From Gekko japonicus (lineage: Eukaryota), in contig NW_015167592.1 in assembly GCF_001447785.1 (NCBI RefSeq), forward strand, positions 214,907 to 278,906: DNA of 64,000 nucleotides. Reading direction: 5' to 3'. Below, piece by piece: positions 1 to 12,487 of the stretch (the first letter of the stretch is position 1; each line of letters begins with the position of its first letter). Below the pieces are notes generated by a model, which ran no database searches, was not told the origin of the DNA, and worked only from the letters and a program-made list of their open reading frames with translations. The position numbers were made by a program, and so were the translations under genes.

Positions 1-202
1 CCTTCCAGGTAGCGCCTGGAGATCTGCTATTATAATTGATCTCCAGGTGACCAAGATCAGTTCCCCTGGTGGAAATGGCTATTTGGAAGGTGGAGTCTAT
101 GGCATTATGCAATGCTGGGATCCCTCTTCTCCCCAAACCCCACCCTCCATGGGCTCCACCCCTCCCCCAATTTCCAGGTATTTTCCAACCTGTAGCTGGT
201 AA

Positions 203-450
203 CTCTATGAGGTCACCTGCTCACTGCGAGCACATAGAGGAAGTGCCAGCACTTTCCCCCCCTCCTTATAATCAGTGATGTTGTTTTCTGAACATTTCTG
301 AAATGAAGTATTTCTGCATAACACTCTACGAGGTCACCTGCTCACTGCGAGCACACAGAGGAAGTGCCAGCACTTATTTCCCCCCCCTCCTTATAATCAG
401 TGATGTTGCTTTCTGAACCTTTCTGAAATGAAGTATTTCTGCATAACACT
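203..450. repeat. Tandem duplication, unit about 120 bp, 2 copies
   Basis: ctcta(t/c)gaggtcacctgctcactgcgagcac...tctgcataaca occurs at about 203 and about 323. Confidence 0.85.
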
Positions 451-1544
451 TTATGAGATATCTGACACTTACCAGGGAGTAAGCCCAATTGAATAAATGG
501 GTCTTATTCCTGGGAAAACTGATTAACGCTATTTTTTTAGACATATCAAATGTCACTTCTGCAGTGAGCTACTTATAGTTTCCTTTTGGGTCATTTAATG
601 ACTCCCACCCATGGTGTATTTGTGTGTTTCCAAACATTTTTCAGCCTTATCAAAGCTCTCTCTTGCATAGAAGTATGGGTTCGCTGGTGCTTCACACTGG
701 GCACAGTGCAGGGAAAGGAATATGAAAGTGGATTAAGTTCTAAAAACACGGGCCTAGGGATGCCAGCCTCCAGGTGGGACCTGGGGATGCCCCAGAATTA
801 CAGACCATTACAAGGTCATATCCAGACTAAATAGATCAGTTACCCTGGAGGAAATGGATGCTTTGGAGGATGTACTGGCATTCTACCCTACTGAGATCTC
901 TGTCCTCCCCAGGCTCCCAAATCTCCCAAGAGTTTCCCAGCCTAGATATGGCAGCCCTAACCCCCCATCCCCCCGCCAGTGGCGGTGGGGGTACCAGGCA
1001 AATCCTACATGGGCCAGAGTAAAATGTTGCTTGTTCGTTTAACTCTGAGCAATGCTTCCTCCAAGATGTGGAGTCTTGTGAGCAAAAATTCTACTTTGTG
1101 AGCTACTGGCATTAAAGTTGTGAGCGCGCGATTTGGCTACTGCATACGTTTGCTCTAGAGCCATCCTTCCTGAGCTAAGACAATAAAAGTGTGAGCAGAA
1201 GGCTAAAAAACTGTGAGCTGGCTAACACTGAGTCCACTAGGGGGCTAAAGAGTCAGGCTATTCCATAGAAGGACAAAAAAGTGCCTCTTTGCAGACTGAC
1301 CAGAGGGCCTGAAGCAGCAGGTGGCTTGCCTCAGGACACCCCCAGCTTTCCTATAAAACTGTACATTAATATGTTAGGGCTACAAGAAACTTCTGGAAAG
1401 AAAGAACGGACAACACACCAAGGCAGAGCAAAGCTGCGAGTCTATTCGTCTTCAAGGGACTGGCTAGATTGAAGTAAGTAAAGACTGTGAGATCCTGGTC
1501 TGCTTGAATACAACTGGCCCGAATTACTGTTGTACAACCTTAAT

Positions 1545-1957
1545 TAGGGATGGGCATGAACCTAACCATGAAGCAAAATTAGTCATGAATTTTGCCCTGT
1601 GCATGGTTCGCAAACAGATGTTCACGACGGGTCTGCCTCGTGGCAGTTCATTGATGGAGCAGAAAGCAGGGGTTTAAAGGGATTCCAAGTCCCTTTGAAC
1701 CCCTGCTTTCTGTTCCCTGCAAAAGCCACAGAAACAGCCGTGTGGTGGAGAGGTTATCCCCGTGGCTCAGCTGTTTTTCCGGTTTTCTGCAAACCCTGTT
1801 TAAAGAGACTGCAGTCCTTTTCAGCTGGGTTTGTGGGGCCATGGACCACAAACCAGTTTGATTTGTGAACAAACCTCCTGGTCCGTTTTAGTTCATGTTT
1901 TGGTTCATGGTTTGGCCATGAACCGAACTGCATTTTCCTGGTTCGTGCCCATCCCTA
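1545..1957. mobile_element. Non-autonomous DNA transposon (MITE, hAT-like TIR)
   Basis: Terminal inverted repeats tagggatgggcatgaacc / ggttcgtgcccatcccta. Confidence 0.7.
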
Positions 1958-3296
1958 ATTTTAATTATTGTTCCATATATACTGTGTCTTACTATGAAAC
2001 TCACACTAACTCCCTAATCTTAATTATTGTTCCATATATACTGTGTCTTACTATGAAACTCACACTAACTCAGCTTAGAGGGAACACTGCCCACGACTGC
2101 CCCCTCACTCCCTCCTGCTGGATTTAAAGGGCCCTCCAGCTGATCTGTGGGCCACGTGATCCTCGCCAATCAGATGAAGCCCTTTAAATCTAGCAGGAGG
2201 GGTGGCTGGGTGGGTGGTCGCTCTTGGGGGCAGGGCTTCCCCGCCAGCCAGGTGGCCAGGGGCGGATTGGAGCCCCTAAAAGTGGAGGGACCCTAGCTTG
2301 GACCTGGGAACTGACAATCCTATACCGGACTCAAATCTCACTGTTCCACTGCAGACCAGCACAGCCACCCTCTGAAACGATCTTTATGGAAATGCTCTCT
2401 TGATGAGTGAATTAATGATATCACCATGTTTGGAAAGGAAAAACTGGACACTATCGAAGAACTTAACAGGGAAATGGCCTCCCTTCATTTTGCCCGAAAT
2501 AAGCCTCTGCGATACCAGACAAGCAGTTCTTTTCTTGACGGAAGGGGTTACTGCGAATAATTCTACCTACCGATTACTGTGTACAGAATACACATCAAAT
2601 TGTCTGCCAAGGAACTGATGCCTGTGTGCCATGAAGGAAGCCGCCGTATGTTGCAGAATATGCCTTAACACATTGTAGGACAAACCACCCACGTGGAATA
2701 CTTACATTACATGAACTAAAAGGGCCTCCAAAATACATCTAAAAAAAAAATAATCTCTTCCGCACTTAATTTTTTTGAAAAGGTCCCTAATGTCAGGCAT
2801 ACCGGACTTCAAGGACACTTTGTACTACTAATACTCCTCTTCTTACGAACATTGTTCTAATAAGCTTCTGAGAGACCCTAAATGTTTCCAAATTGCAGTT
2901 TGCAAATCACTAGTGTAGGGGATCTTTGGTTCGAGCGGAGAACCGAAGCAGCCAGAAAAAAGGCTCTATTAAAAGACATGTTAAATGTGTTAATTTTACT
3001 TGAATCCGTGCACTGTTTTATTTCCACGGTCATATGTTTCATAATGATTAACGCTTGCCAACGGAAAGGGTGCTGATTAAATAAAGGAACAGGGAAAGGA
3101 GGGGAAAAGGCAAAAAAGAACTGAGAAAAAGGAAGAAAAGGAGAAGCGAGATGAAAGAAATGCCAGTCACAGGTATCCCATTAGTGGATCAATTCTGTTT
3201 CTCTATAAAGTATTGACCTTAGAAATATATAATTCTAAATGTGTTTAGCACTGGCCCTTGAATGAATTCGGTGTGTTGATGCCTCTGACTACTCAC

Positions 3297-3516
3297 GTTT
3301 TATCGTTAATAACAGCCTTCAGTGCATCAGAGAGGTCCTTGGAAGTCATTTCAAGGACGTTGAGGGTCACTCCTGCTCCCCGGGATTCCACTCGCTTGGC
3401 GTTGTCCATCTGGTCTCCAAAAAGGGGCATCACCACCATTGGGACTCCATTGCAGATTCCCTCATAAATCCCGTGGGAGCCTCCGTGGGTGATAAAGGCT
3501 CTGGCTTTCGGATGGG
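3297..3516 (-). CDS. UGT1A: UGT1A common exon 4 (220 bp), UDP-sugar-binding region: (A)[72 protein letters not shown]
   Basis: Acceptor ctcccacAG (3517-3518) and donor GTgagt (3295-3296). Encodes the second half of the UGT signature. Phase is compatible with exon 3. Confidence 0.97.
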
Positions 3517-3617
3517 CTGTGGGAGCAAGAGGGACGGTTGGAAAAGTGAAACTGGGTTGAATAGATTGCTTGTCACACTACGCCTCTTGTCTAATGTATA
3601 TGATGGAAAAGGCGTTT

Positions 3618-3884
3618 GAGCCAGTTTAGTGTAGTGGTTAGGAGCACGGACTCTAATCTGGGAGACCAGGGTTTGATTCCCCACTCCTCCTCGTGCAGCT
3701 GCTGGTGTGACCTTGGGTCAGTTACACGCTCTTTCAGAGCTGCTCTCTCAAGGGCAGTTCTCAAGAGAGCTCTCTCAGCCCCACCTACCTCACAGGGTAT
3801 CTGTTGGGGGGGGGAAGGAAATTGTAAGCCGCTCTGAGACTCCTTTGGGTAGTGAAGGGTAAGGTATAAATCCAATCTCTTCTT
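3618..3884 (+). mobile_element. tRNA-derived squamate SINE (Squam3-like)
   Basis: A-box-like tagtgtagtggtta, B-box-like ggtttgattcc, and simple-repeat tail. Several further copies occur in the window. Confidence 0.8.
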
Positions 3885-5047
3885 AAGAGCATAAGAACAT
3901 AAGAGATGCCAATGTTGGATCAGGCCAAAGGCTCATCCAGTCCAACACACTGTCACACAGTGGCCCAAAATACCAGGTGCCATCAGGAGGTCCACCAGTG
4001 GGGCCAGGACATTAGAAGCCCTCCCACTGTTGACCCCCCCCCCCAAGCACCAAGAGTACAGAGCATCACTTGCCCCAGAGTCCCTATCTATACCTTGTGG
4101 CTAATAGCCACTGATGGACCTCTGCTCCATATGCTTATCTAATTCCCTTTTGAAGCCGTCCATGCTTGTAGCCGCCACCACTTCCTGTGGCAGTGAATTC
4201 CAAGTGTTAATCACTCTTTGGGTGAAGAAGGACTTCCTCTTATCCGTTCTAACCCGACCGCTCAGCAATTTCATGGAGTGCCCACGAGTTCTTGTATTGT
4301 GAGAAAGGGAGAAAAGTACCTCTTTCTCTACCTGCTCTTTCCCATGCATAATCTTATAAACCTCAATCATGTCACCCCTCAGTCGTCATTTCTCCAAGCT
4401 AAAGAGCCCTAAGCGCCTTAACCTTTCCTCATAGGGAAAGTGTTCCAACCCTTTTATCATTCGAGTTGCCCTTTTCTGCACTTTTCCCAAAGCTATAATA
4501 TCCTTTTTAAGGTGTGGTGACCAGAATTGCACACAGTATTCCAGATGAGGTCGCACCATTGATTTATATAGCGGCATTATGATATTGGCTGATCTGTTTA
4601 CAATACCCTTCCTAATAATCCCCAGCATAGCATTGGCCTTCTTTATTGCAGTCACACACTGTCTCGACATTTTCAGTGAGTTATCTACTACAACTCCAAG
4701 ATCTCTCTCTTGATCAGTCTCTGCCAGTTCAGACCCCATCAACGTGTATTTATAGTTAGGATTTTTGGCTCCAATGTGCATCACCTTGCACTTGGCCACA
4801 TTGAACCCCATTTGCCATGTTGACGCCCACTCGCCCAACTTTGACAGATCCCTTTGGAGTGCCTCACAATCCTCACTGGTTTTCACCACCCTGAACAACT
4901 TCGTATCATCCGCAAATTTAGCCACTTCACTGCTTACTCCCAACTCCAAATCATTAATGAACAAGTTAAAAAGCAGTGGACCAAGTACTGATCCCTGTGG
5001 TACCCCACTGCTTACACCCCTCCACTGGGAGAACTGCCCATTTATAC
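3885..5047 (-). mobile_element. CR1 LINE, 5'-truncated (RT C-terminal part plus 3' UTR)
   Basis: GVPQGSVLGPLLF...FADDTKLF...RPHLEYCVQFW. One in-frame TGA at 4386-4388, after which the frame continues to 4101. Short repeat tail near 3890. Confidence 0.93.
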
Positions 5048-5718
5048 TCGCCACACCCAACAGCAGAAACTCATTAGGATTGGCTACATTAGGGGTGTGT
5101 GGCCTAACATGCAAAGGAGTTCCTGCTACAAAAAAGGCCCTGGGTTTTGACAACAAACAAGGTAAACAGAATAAGAAGCTAAAGGTAGGTGTGGCTGGAT
5201 GACCACACTTCTGGTAACATGGGGGAGTGGCCTAATATGTTAATGTGCTGTGCTGTCAGGGGTGTGGCCTAATAGGCTAATGAGTTCCTGGTGTTGGGTG
5301 TGGCCTGTTATGCTAATGAGTTCCTGCTGGGCTTTTTCTAAAAAAAGAGCCCTGACATGGGTTTGGCGGATCAATGTCACCCCTCCTTCTGATTCTGATC
5401 AATGTCACCCCTCAACTGGAAGAGACTATCTCCTGGACACACCAGGAAGTTTTCTTTTGGGGCGAATAATTTCTAACTCTAGGCCAGCTGTGCAGGAGGG
5501 GGCCCAAAAGACATTTCGACGCGTACAAGCCTAAAAAGACTAGCCTCAAACTAAATTTCAACTTCTAGATTTCATCTGAAAACCAACATCTGCATTGTCT
5601 ACGGATTTAAGTGTTCTGCTGCTGGGGCCGTCCTGAGAATTAGTTACGATGTTCATGATGGGGTTGGGCTGGGGGGGGGGGAAGGGCTGCATCGGAATAA
5701 TTTATGGTCCAGACATAC

Positions 5719-5806
5719 CAAGTAGATCATTCTGCGGGAGCCACTTGACGAGTTTGGTGTTCTTCGCAAGGTTGGGAGGCACTTCGCCAGTATACCTCCA
5801 CAGCAC
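5719..5806 (-). CDS. UGT1A: UGT1A common exon 3 (88 bp): [29 protein letters not shown]
   Basis: Acceptor AG at 5807-5808, donor GTatgt at 5717-5718. WLPQNDLL starts the UGT signature. Size is canonical. Confidence 0.97.
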
Positions 5807-8044
5807 CTTCATGGAATAGGAAATATAAAACAGTGTATTGACTGAAATGCTCTCCAGTACTGATTTTTTTCCCCCTGCAAAGGAGTAAACTGGAAAAGAA
5901 CACACACACCAATATTTAATCCAGGGGATACTCATTCTGTGGATCACAGAGAGCCCCATTCGCCATTCCAGTCAGCCAAAAACACCACAGGACTACTGTA
6001 TGCCTTGTCTGCCAACCAAACATGCACGACCAATAATGTATAAGTACAGGACAACCCTTTTAATTACCAAAGTACCTCTGAGCATGTACCGCTGAGCATT
6101 TCCCCGCTATTGGGAGTTATGTTTTGTGGGTTAGAATTCGACAGTGGTACGCCACGTTCCACCACCTCATTCAGCCGCCTAGGTTGACCCAGACTCATAC
6201 AGTCTTCTACATATGGACAACCTTGATAGACAAGTTTTAAAATTAAAAAACAGCTTTATTTGGGACCCATAGTTATGACGAAATGATTCCAATTCCTAAA
6301 GAAATTGCCCACTTTCCTGGAACACGGGGTGAGTGCCGGGGGAAGTTGTGTTCAGAGGAGCCATCTTTGACGCCACTGAGTAAGCATCACTGACTTAATC
6401 CTACCTTTTCCATGGCTGTTCCAATGGTTTACTGTAACTTCAGCTTCCCACCTTTGCTACTCACAGGCATTCTTTAGTGAGTCTGGGGGCCTTGGGCAAA
6501 AGTCAAGGATGGGGGCCCCTGCACTCCCAGGGCCCAGGCCCGGGTAATAGAAAATCACTACCCTCAAATTACAATTGTCCAAAATCAGACTTACCTTCTT
6601 GCACAAGGGATTTAAAGGCACTAAGGCAGAATTAAATCTGCCAGCCTCAGACTTCTTCACAACGGTTTCCTCCCTCACCCCGATGATTTTGGAATGTAGT
6701 GACCTCACTTGGTGTCATTTGGTTTCCTGTCTGCTTCTCTAGGTTCTATGAGAGGAAAAGTGAAGGCTTGGTGGGGGCCAGGTGAAGCCTCTCTCCGAGG
6801 GGGCTGCTACATTCTGTGGGGAGGCAGGTGGCTGGCAGCCAAGCAAGGGTCCACCCCTCTGGTCAGCTACTGGGCTCCCTCCAGGGTCCAGCCTCACCAC
6901 ACCCCGCCACCCTCTGAGTTCGCTGCATTCTTCAAGGGCCAGCCCGAAGGCAGAACTCAAAGTGGATATCCCCTGCCTCCACCTGCTGTGCACACAACCT
7001 TTCCTGCTCAAATGTCTACTTGTCTCAGGAATGGTACTGGTCCAGTTGGATCCCCAGCCCCTGTTTCCAATCAAACTGAAATCACCTGTGAAAAGGAGGG
7101 GGCTGCATTTGAATGTGGGCAGAATATATTTTCTGTTACTGCAGTCATTCCCCTGAAAAGTTGTTTTCCAGAGGATAACGCACATTGTACATTACTGCTC
7201 TGGGTCAGTTTTTTGTGTGTGGCCAAGAAGATGCACTCTTTCGAGCTACACAGAGCTCTTCTGATGAAAAGTTCGGTGTAATTCCAAATGCCGCATAATG
7301 TTGTACCTACAAAAGTGGATCCAATTAAACATCGTGTTTTGCTCACATTGTATGTTACATATAGGTGAATGTTTATTTATTTATTATTTATTTATTTGAT
7401 TTATATCCTGCTCCCCCCCCAGCAGGCCCAAGGCAGCTTACAAGGCCATTTGGCAATAGAACATTAAAACAATGCATCAATTAAGATAATGCATCAATTA
7501 AGATAATATATAAGGTTGACTTATCTAAGCCAACCAGAGCAGAACCTTACTCTTTTCCCCAAAAGCATGATCCTTTTTCTGCAATTACCAGTTCTGTTTT
7601 CAGTCATTAGCACAGATCCTTACTTTTCACTCCTACGTAAATGTAATTGCACAAAAATAAGGAAAGGTTCATTAACAGCAGTGCTGAAAAACATGGAAAG
7701 GGACATAACTAGAAGGAACAGGAGATTAAGGCAATCAAAGAGAACCCAGCATAAACAGGGAAAGTGGTGATTAGAGAGAATTAAGGAAAGGGAGAAAAGA
7801 CCTGGGAAGTGATCGGATAACCAACTTGTAACTAATGCTGGGCTGAAATGCTGCTGTAGCTCCAGAACGTTTGGAGAACTGGAAACCTTTCTCTTCTCTG
7901 GGCTTCTTTGCCAGGGCGGCCACTGTGAATTTTGTGGACTCTCTACAAAGCTGCTGGACAGGTGAGTCTGAATGTATTTCCCACGAGTAGAAAAGATGCC
8001 TTTACACACTTATCCCCTATTTTGACATATTTATTACTTTGGTT

Positions 8045-8095
8045 TCCTTCCTTCCTTCCTTCCTTCCTTCCTTCCTTCCTTCCTTCCTTCCTTCC
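8045..8095. repeat. (CTTC)n microsatellite, probably the tail of a retroelement fragment
   Basis: Direct observation. Confidence 0.9.
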
Positions 8096-8744
8096 TTTTA
8101 TACCCCGCCCTCCTCGACAAGCAGGCTCAGGGCGGCTTACATAAAAAATCCAACACATAAATAACATTTATAAAACAATCTTAAAGCAGTCATAAAACCA
8201 TTCAACTATCATAAAGTGCTATTACTGTCACAAGTGCTAGAACAGTAGATCTCAATTAATAGCCTTGAGATGGCGGTAACATGATGGTCAGTTCAGGTGA
8301 TCTAGGTAGATGGACAGCTTATTTTGATTTATTTATCAAAACAACTGTCGGCCTTATAACTTTAGCTTGTTATTTTGTTTGGTTTTTACATAACTTAAGA
8401 CATCTTCATCATGTTACACGTAAATCTGCTGTTCAGCCTCTGTCTGTAAGTTTGAAATCTTCCTTCCATTCCAGTGTATTTGAAAAAGTGTGCGTGCACA
8501 CAAAAGCACATACCTTGAATAAGCCTTTGTTGGTCTTAAAGGTGCGGCTGGACTCTAAATTCGGTCTACTGCTTCAGACCAACAGGGCTGCCCACCTGGA
8601 AAGGTCTAGCAAAGTACCTTAAACCAAAAGCTCAATATTGGCTTTTCCTTGCCTGCTATACACACTGTTGCACTGCCCTCTGGTGTCTGTAGTAGAACAC
8701 CAAAATAAAAATTCAACCAGAACTTTTGCAATGCAGTTCCACAG

Positions 8745-8900
8745 TCCAGGCTAGCCTGATCGGATCTCGGAAGCTAAGCAGGGGCCCTGGTCTTTGTCTG
8801 GATGGGAGCCCACCAAAGAAGTCCAGGGCGACTCGTGACGCAGAAGCCTCTTGCCTTGAAAAGCCTACGGGGGTGCCACGTCTGCTGTGACTTGACAACA
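8745..8900 (+). mobile_element. 5S rRNA-derived SINE (degenerate)
   Basis: gatctcggaagctaagcagg...ggatgggag resembles the 5S internal control region, followed by a non-5S body. Confidence 0.6.
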
Positions 8901-9289
8901 AAAAGGGAGGCAAGGAAAGGATGCCTGAAAAAATGAAGCACAGCCTTCACAACCACTGGCTTCATATCAAGAAGGCACTCATGCTCGATGTTTGTGCCTC
9001 TTTGCTGGCGCAAGCCCCCGAAGTCAGCAGTTGTTGCTCAGGTTTGCATCAACACCCGTCCCTGGGCTTCTGGGATAAAGCCTGGACTCCTGCAGAGGCA
9101 GGACCACTACTGGCAGGGTCACCACAGAAGACAACCTTTGGGGTTGTCACTTTGGGGGGGGGGACATGAGGGCCTGTCACCCTGTCAGTAGAAATTGGTG
9201 GCGGGAGAACCAAAGGGCTTGTTAGGTGGTTGGGGGAGTGGGACTTCTAGTCTTCAGTGGTCTCCTTACTGGGGATATGGGCCCAGGGA

Positions 9290-10860
9290 GGGGGGACTGC
9301 AGTTCTCCTGGTCCTCGACAGAGGGAGGTATGATGGTGGGTTCCAGGCTGGCTATTCCAGGAGAAGGAGTTCTGGCCGCCGGTTGGCCTCTCTTCCTTCA
9401 GGTCTGCTTCCCAACCAACAGAGACCTAGTTGTACCAAGACTGGGCCCTTTGGCCTTAAGATCCTGCTGCTGAATGGCAGGTGAGTCAATGGAAGAACTA
9501 CGGCCAATTCAGGGTGGATAACAATCGATGGGCTTTAATTCTTTTTTTAAATCACATTTTTAAAATTTAAATCGGTTTTTTAAAATTTAAATTGGATTTT
9601 TTTAAAAAATGTTTTTTTGAGGAAAAAGCTATCTAAAGATAGTTTTCTGTTTAAGATAACATTATCGTCCAAAGGTTATTCACCATGAAATAAGGATTAG
9701 TTTTTAATTATGTAGCATGAGGCTGTATATTCATGCAATGTTTAAATTTTTTTTGTAAATGAATTCCATTAATCCAGTCACAATGTCATGCACTCCCAGA
9801 GGTTCCTGTGAGATTATTTTGGGCATTTTTTCTGTCTAGATTACCACAGACACTTGGTTTTGCAGTTCTCAAAACTGTGAATTTGTGTCTGCAGCGATAA
9901 CATGCCTCTTCTCAGCAAAAATGTTATAAAATAAACACACAAAGTAGACAAAAAGACCTTAATCCCATTGTTCCTTTGCAAATCTATGTACACAGAATCA
10001 ACCCTTTACCTCTTTAAAGTGCCAAATTCCAAAATTCATCTGGTTGTAAATGTTAAGATTATACCAGCAAGAATGAGTCTTTATGTAGAAAACCATGATT
10101 TAAATCTAGTCTCACTGCCTAGTGATTTTAATTGTGATTTAAATCAAATCCACTCTGACGGCCATGCAGGATTTAACCCTCGATGGACAGGCTGATTACG
10201 GAAACTTGGTTGGAGGAGTTTAGGGGAATAAATACAACCCAGCTGTGCTCTCCAGGTTTCTCTGTGCACAACAAGCTAGGCCAACAGGACAGGGAGGTGA
10301 GGTTGCAGTGGTCTATCACAGTTTCATCCATTTACTGAGGTGCCTCCGCCAACTGTCAGTTTTGAGTGTGTGCTCCTGAGGGTGGGTACGTTCTACAGGG
10401 TAGGGATTCTGCTGGTGATTCTGATTCTACTGTCCACCCCACTGCCCAGCTGTCTCTCTTCCTGAGCTAGCTGAACCGGTCTCGAGTGTGCTGGTGGAAA
10501 CCACAAGACTGGTGGTCTTGGGTGACTTTAACATCCATGCCGTGGCTAGGCTGTCAGGAGTGGCTCAGGATTTCATGGCCTCCGTGAGGCCTGCAGGCCT
10601 GTCCCAAGTAATTACTGGTCCCACACACTTAGCAGGGCACATACTAGATCTGGTCTAGTGCAATGATGGGGAGGGTGACCTGGAGGTGGGAGAGTTAAAG
10701 TCCTTGCCGTGGACAGATCATTGGTGGGTACATGAGAGGGGGCCTTTTCAGCGGCAGCCCCACGATTATGGAACAACGGGAGTTGTGCGTGGCCCCCTCA
10801 CTTTTGATCTTTAGGAGGCAGCTGTTCTATTTAGGAATGCTTATTTAATTAAAGCAGTCC
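9290..10860 (+). mobile_element. Degenerate L2-type LINE fragment (APE endonuclease region), interrupted by a DNA transposon
   Basis: ITETWL, LGDFNIH and PTHLAGHILDLV motifs in broken frames. Confidence 0.7.
9510..10157. mobile_element. Non-autonomous hAT-like DNA transposon nested in the L2 fragment
   Basis: TIRs cagggtggat / atccactctg and subterminal tttaaat repeats. Confidence 0.6.
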
Positions 10861-11264
10861 TAATGTGATTTTAAAATTTGGTTTTATGTTTTTCATGCAT
10901 TTTATTAATCTTGTAAGCTGCCTTGAGCACTATGGGAAGAAAGGCAGCTAATAAATGGGAAGAAAGGTCCGGGACGCAACACCGAGTGGTGATTCCAGGC
11001 CCCAGGGAGGCAAGGCTTGCCATGACCAGGGCCAGATCCTTTTCAGTGGTGGCTCCTACCTGGTGGAACGAGCTCCCGGAGGAGATCAGGGCCCTGCGGG
11101 ACCTTCTGCAGTTCCACAGGGCCTGTAAGACAGAGCTCTTCCGCCAGGCTTTTACGTAGGGGCCGCCACTGCCACCACCACAAATGGCATGGGTAACAAC
11201 GGGGCTAGTGGGGACGGTCCCTGCAGCAGCTTGTGTGAAATTGACACGTACCATTGGGGCAAAA

Positions 11265-11897
11265 GGGAAGAGTGAGTGCGGAGCAGCACTTGTGGGAAAT
11301 CGGTCCTATAGAAACATCACAATTGAAGGTTTTGGGGATTTCTTCCTGTCTTTTTTTTAAAAAATTCAGATTTTAAACTGCAGGATTGTCCTGGGTATAC
11401 CTACCTCCTAGTCTTGAGTGGCCTCGCTGTATGGGTTTGTGTTTTAAAAAAAAAATGGCAAGGGGGGCAGCCCCAATTGTTAGATATAAAGGCAGATATT
11501 AGGATATATGAACCACAATATTGAGTGTTCCGAACCAGTCCTCTGAAAGCCCTTACAATTTTGCCTCCTTTTAGGGCTTTTTTAGGGAAGAGTGAGCACG
11601 GAGCAGCGCTTGTGGGAAATCGGCCCTATAGAAACATCACCATTGAAGGTTTTGGGGATTTCTTCCTGTCTCTTTTTAAAATTTCAGATTTTAAACTGCA
11701 GAATTGTCCTGGGTATACCTACCTCCTAGTCTTGAGTGGCCTCGCTGTATGGGTTTGTGTTTTAAAAAAAAAATGGCAAGGGGGGCAGCCCCAATTGTTA
11801 GATATAAAGGCAGATATTAGGATATATGAACCACAATATTGAGTGTTCCGAACCAGTCCTCTGAAAGCCCTTACAATTTTGCCTCCTTTCAGGGCTT
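11265..11897. repeat. Tandem duplication, unit about 317 bp, 2 near-identical copies
   Basis: gggaagagtgag...ttttgcctcctt occurs twice. Confidence 0.9.
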
Positions 11898-12094
11898 TTT
11901 TTTCTGGGGGAACGTGCCAGAATGGAGTTCCGGAACCTCTTCAACAAAATCAACAAAATTCTTTTTAAAGTGTTTAAAAGTTCATGAGTTTTCTGTATCT
12001 AGATGGAAAACTTCATTTCCCTCTTGAGAATTTCAGCACCCCTTTTTCAAAAAGGAAAAAAGCCCTGCTTCTTTCCCTCATTAATTTTACATTC

Positions 12095-12335
12095 TTTCCC
12101 ATCCTCTTTATCGCCTCTCTAACAGCTCTCAATGACACTGTAGGTTCTGTTAAGCTCAATATTAAATCATTTGCAAATAAAATAGTTATTTCTTCCATAC
12201 CACATTTTACTCCTCTCACTTCCCTCCACTCCCATATTTCATTTGCTATTGGTTCCATATATTCAATAAATAATACAGCTGATAATTGGCACCCTTTCCC
12301 TGTGCCTCCAAATCAATGTATTCCAATAGGTAAAT
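12095..12335 (-). mobile_element. Degenerate L1/Tx1-like RT fragment
   Basis: [21 protein letters not shown]...ILFANDLILSLTEP resembles the L1 GTRQGCPLSPLLF...LFADD region. Confidence 0.65.
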
Positions 12336-12355
12336 TTCCCATTTTTGCCTCTTAC

Positions 12356-12487
12356 CGTCTGGGGTATCGTTCCCAAAGCTTCAGCAATTTCCATGGCTTT
12401 TTTCATCGGAATCTCAGAGACCATGGAGCCCAAAGAAAACACCACAATGCCATGTTCACCAGATGCATTTACTATGGCTTCAAATTC
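12356..12487 (-). CDS. UGT1A: UGT1A common exon 2 (132 bp): [44 protein letters not shown]
   Basis: Acceptor ttttgtAG at 12488-12489, donor GTaag at 12354-12355. Size and sequence are canonical. Confidence 0.97.

Noticed and set aside
1-3000. Canonical UGT1A exon 5 (transmembrane segment plus dilysine tail)
   Set aside because: No matching sequence was seen; it presumably lies left of the window.
3618-3700. tRNA gene (also heads at 13612, 47586, 61060, 62161)
   Set aside because: These are A/B-box heads of SINEs with no complete cloverleaf.
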